Shown: piece by piece, positions 62,926 to 64,000 of the stretch
Layout of the letters: the number at the start of each line of letters is the position of its first letter
How positions within the stretch are numbered: position 1 is the first letter of the stretch
NCBI GenBank assembly: GCA_963733545.1
Contig: CAVTDQ010000002.1
Span: forward strand, 139,565-203,564
Direction: 5' to 3'
DNA: 64,000 nt
Source of the DNA: Terriglobia bacterium
GTDB taxonomy: Bacteria > Acidobacteriota > Terriglobia > Terriglobales > Acidobacteriaceae
Notes under the pieces: model-generated
Told to the model about the DNA's origin: nothing
The model's database searches: none
What the model saw: only the letters and a program-made list of their open reading frames with translations
Translations under genes and position numbers: made by a program

Positions 62926-64000
62926 ATGACCACTGCCACGAAAGTCGAAGAGCTGCTTCTGACTTCGGAATTTCGTCTCCAGCGGCATGGTCGTTTCCTT
63001 TGCGCTGAACTGCTCGTACCTCATCGCGTTTTCTCAACTTCGGTGCGTAACGGTGGACAGACCGAACATGTTCGCTATCTCGTCAATCATCAGAGCTGCG
63101 AAGGGACCGACCATCGCGAGCGCCACACCCTGATGACGGGATTGGGGATGGAGGAATATCACGATCAGATTTCCCGGGACCTGAATCTGCTTCCGGTTGA
63201 AGTGGCGATGATGGGCACCGCGGCCAACATGAATTATGCCGCGGTGATGCAATCTTCTGACGGCGCGCTTACAGCCACCGCCGTCGTCACCGCAGGCGTC
63301 CAGGGGAATGCTTCCTGTGCCGGCGATCCTGCGGCTTGGCGGGAAACTGAAGAAGGATGGCAAAAAGTTTCTGCGCTCGATGGAACGATCAACACATTTT
63401 TGCTTGTCAATCATTCGCTCAGCGAAGGCGCACTGGCCCGCGCGGTCGTGACCATGACCGAAGCGAAGACGACTGCATTGAACCGGTTGGCTGTCCGCAG
63501 TTTGTATTCGAAGGATTTTGCGACCGGAACCGGCACCGATCAATACTGTGTCGCTGCGCCACTGGCGAAAGGCAAACCCCTCACCAGCACCTCGCCCCAC
63601 GCGAAACTTGGCGAACTGATTGGCGTTGCGGTACGGGACGCCACCATCGAAGCCTTGCGCTGGCAAAACGGACTTGAAGCCAGCACCACCCGTCTGCTAT
63701 TTCAGGCCCTGGGGGTTTACGGCATTACTGAAGCAACATTTCTTGCGGCAACCCAGCCTTTGCTCAGCGAGCGGGATTTTGAACTTTTGCGCAGGAATTT
63801 CAAGTCGGTGGTTTACGAACCTAAAGTGGCCGCTGCGGCGTTTGCCATGGCTTCGGTTCTGGATCGAATTCGCTATGGCACCATCCCGGCAAGCGCAGCC
63901 AGCGACATCTTTCGTCAACATGCCGCTACACTGGCGACAAGCCTTTCCGCAAAACCCGAAAGCTGGCTGGATTTCTATTCGAAACTTTCAGCCGCAGATA
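62926..64000 (+). CDS. cbiZ: Adenosylcobinamide amidohydrolase (CbiZ) domain protein with a C-terminal extension; 3' end outside the window
   Basis: Hand translation from ATG 62926 (AAAGGAAG upstream) gives MTTATKVEELLLTSEFRLQRHG...GTINTFLLVNHSLSEGALARAVVTMTEAKTTALNRLAVRS...ATGTGTDQYCVAAP (CbiZ signature blocks). The frame stays open to 64000 (358 codons), which is why it is absent from the ORF track. Confidence 0.8.
   Translation, partial: MTTATKVEELLLTSEFRLQRHGRFLCAELLVPHRVFSTSVRNGGQTEHVRYLVNHQSCEGTDHRERHTLMTGLGMEEYHDQISRDLNLLPVEVAMMGTAANMNYAAVMQSSDGALTATAVVTAGVQGNASCAGDPAAWRETEEGWQKVSALDGTINTFLLVNHSLSEGALARAVVTMTEAKTTALNRLAVRSLYSKDFATGTGTDQYCVAAPLAKGKPLTSTSPHAKLGELIGVAVRDATIEALRWQNGLEASTTRLLFQALGVYGITEATFLAATQPLLSERDFELLRRNFKSVVYEPKVAAAAFAMASVLDRIRYGTIPASAASDIFRQHAATLATSLSAKPESWLDFYSKLSAAD

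Overview
All calls rest on my own reading of the sequence and ORF track, using motif recognition and hand translation. No HMM, BLAST or covariance search was run, so family names are provisional.

The window is densely coding and moderately GC-rich, with about 55 protein genes and one tRNA. It looks like ordinary chromosome from a soil heterotroph. An Acidobacteriota-like origin is my inference from gene content: many Tat/Sec-exported sugar oxidoreductases, DUF1080 proteins, Gfo/Idh/MocA enzymes, and a TonB receptor with a carboxypeptidase-regulatory-like N-terminus.

**Layout**
- **1-8.5 kb:** redox and sugar enzymes plus malate synthase.
- **8.7-12.4 kb:** ATP-dependent DNA ligase, divergent from an unknown 225-aa protein, next to an SLT-like protein and DUF763.
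- **12.4-21.4 kb:** secreted glycoside-hydrolase-like proteins and a TetR / aldo-keto reductase pair.
- **21.4-32.3 kb:** a ParB-like protein and a compact periplasmic sugar-oxidation locus (GMC flavoprotein, Tat small subunit, DUF1080, Gfo/Idh/MocA, MFS transporter).
- **32.3-38.1 kb:** a co-directional array of PolX, a Rieske/DUF2231 membrane protein, a small Cys-rich protein and a UvrA paralog lacking the UvrB-binding insert.
- **39.8-52.9 kb:** a two-armed polysaccharide locus with duplicated gene pairs and a GT2-flavoprotein fusion.
- **53.2-54.3 kb:** a TMEM175-type channel gene with an in-frame stop, a decayed integrase 3' remnant and tRNA-Glu.
- **54.7-58.0 kb:** an Ig-repeat/lectin lipoprotein followed by a small beta-barrel OMP.
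- **58.3-64.0 kb:** an Ada-AraC-AlkA fusion, then a TonB-dependent receptor preceded by two cobalamin riboswitch-like aptamers in series, divergent from cbiZ.

No CRISPR array, rRNA or intact mobile element was seen. I found no recognisable defence system.

The most unusual items are:
- the tandem B12 aptamers;
- the PolX / Rieske / Cys-rich / UvrA-paralog array;
- the ligase-neighbourhood unknowns;
- the mirrored polysaccharide locus.
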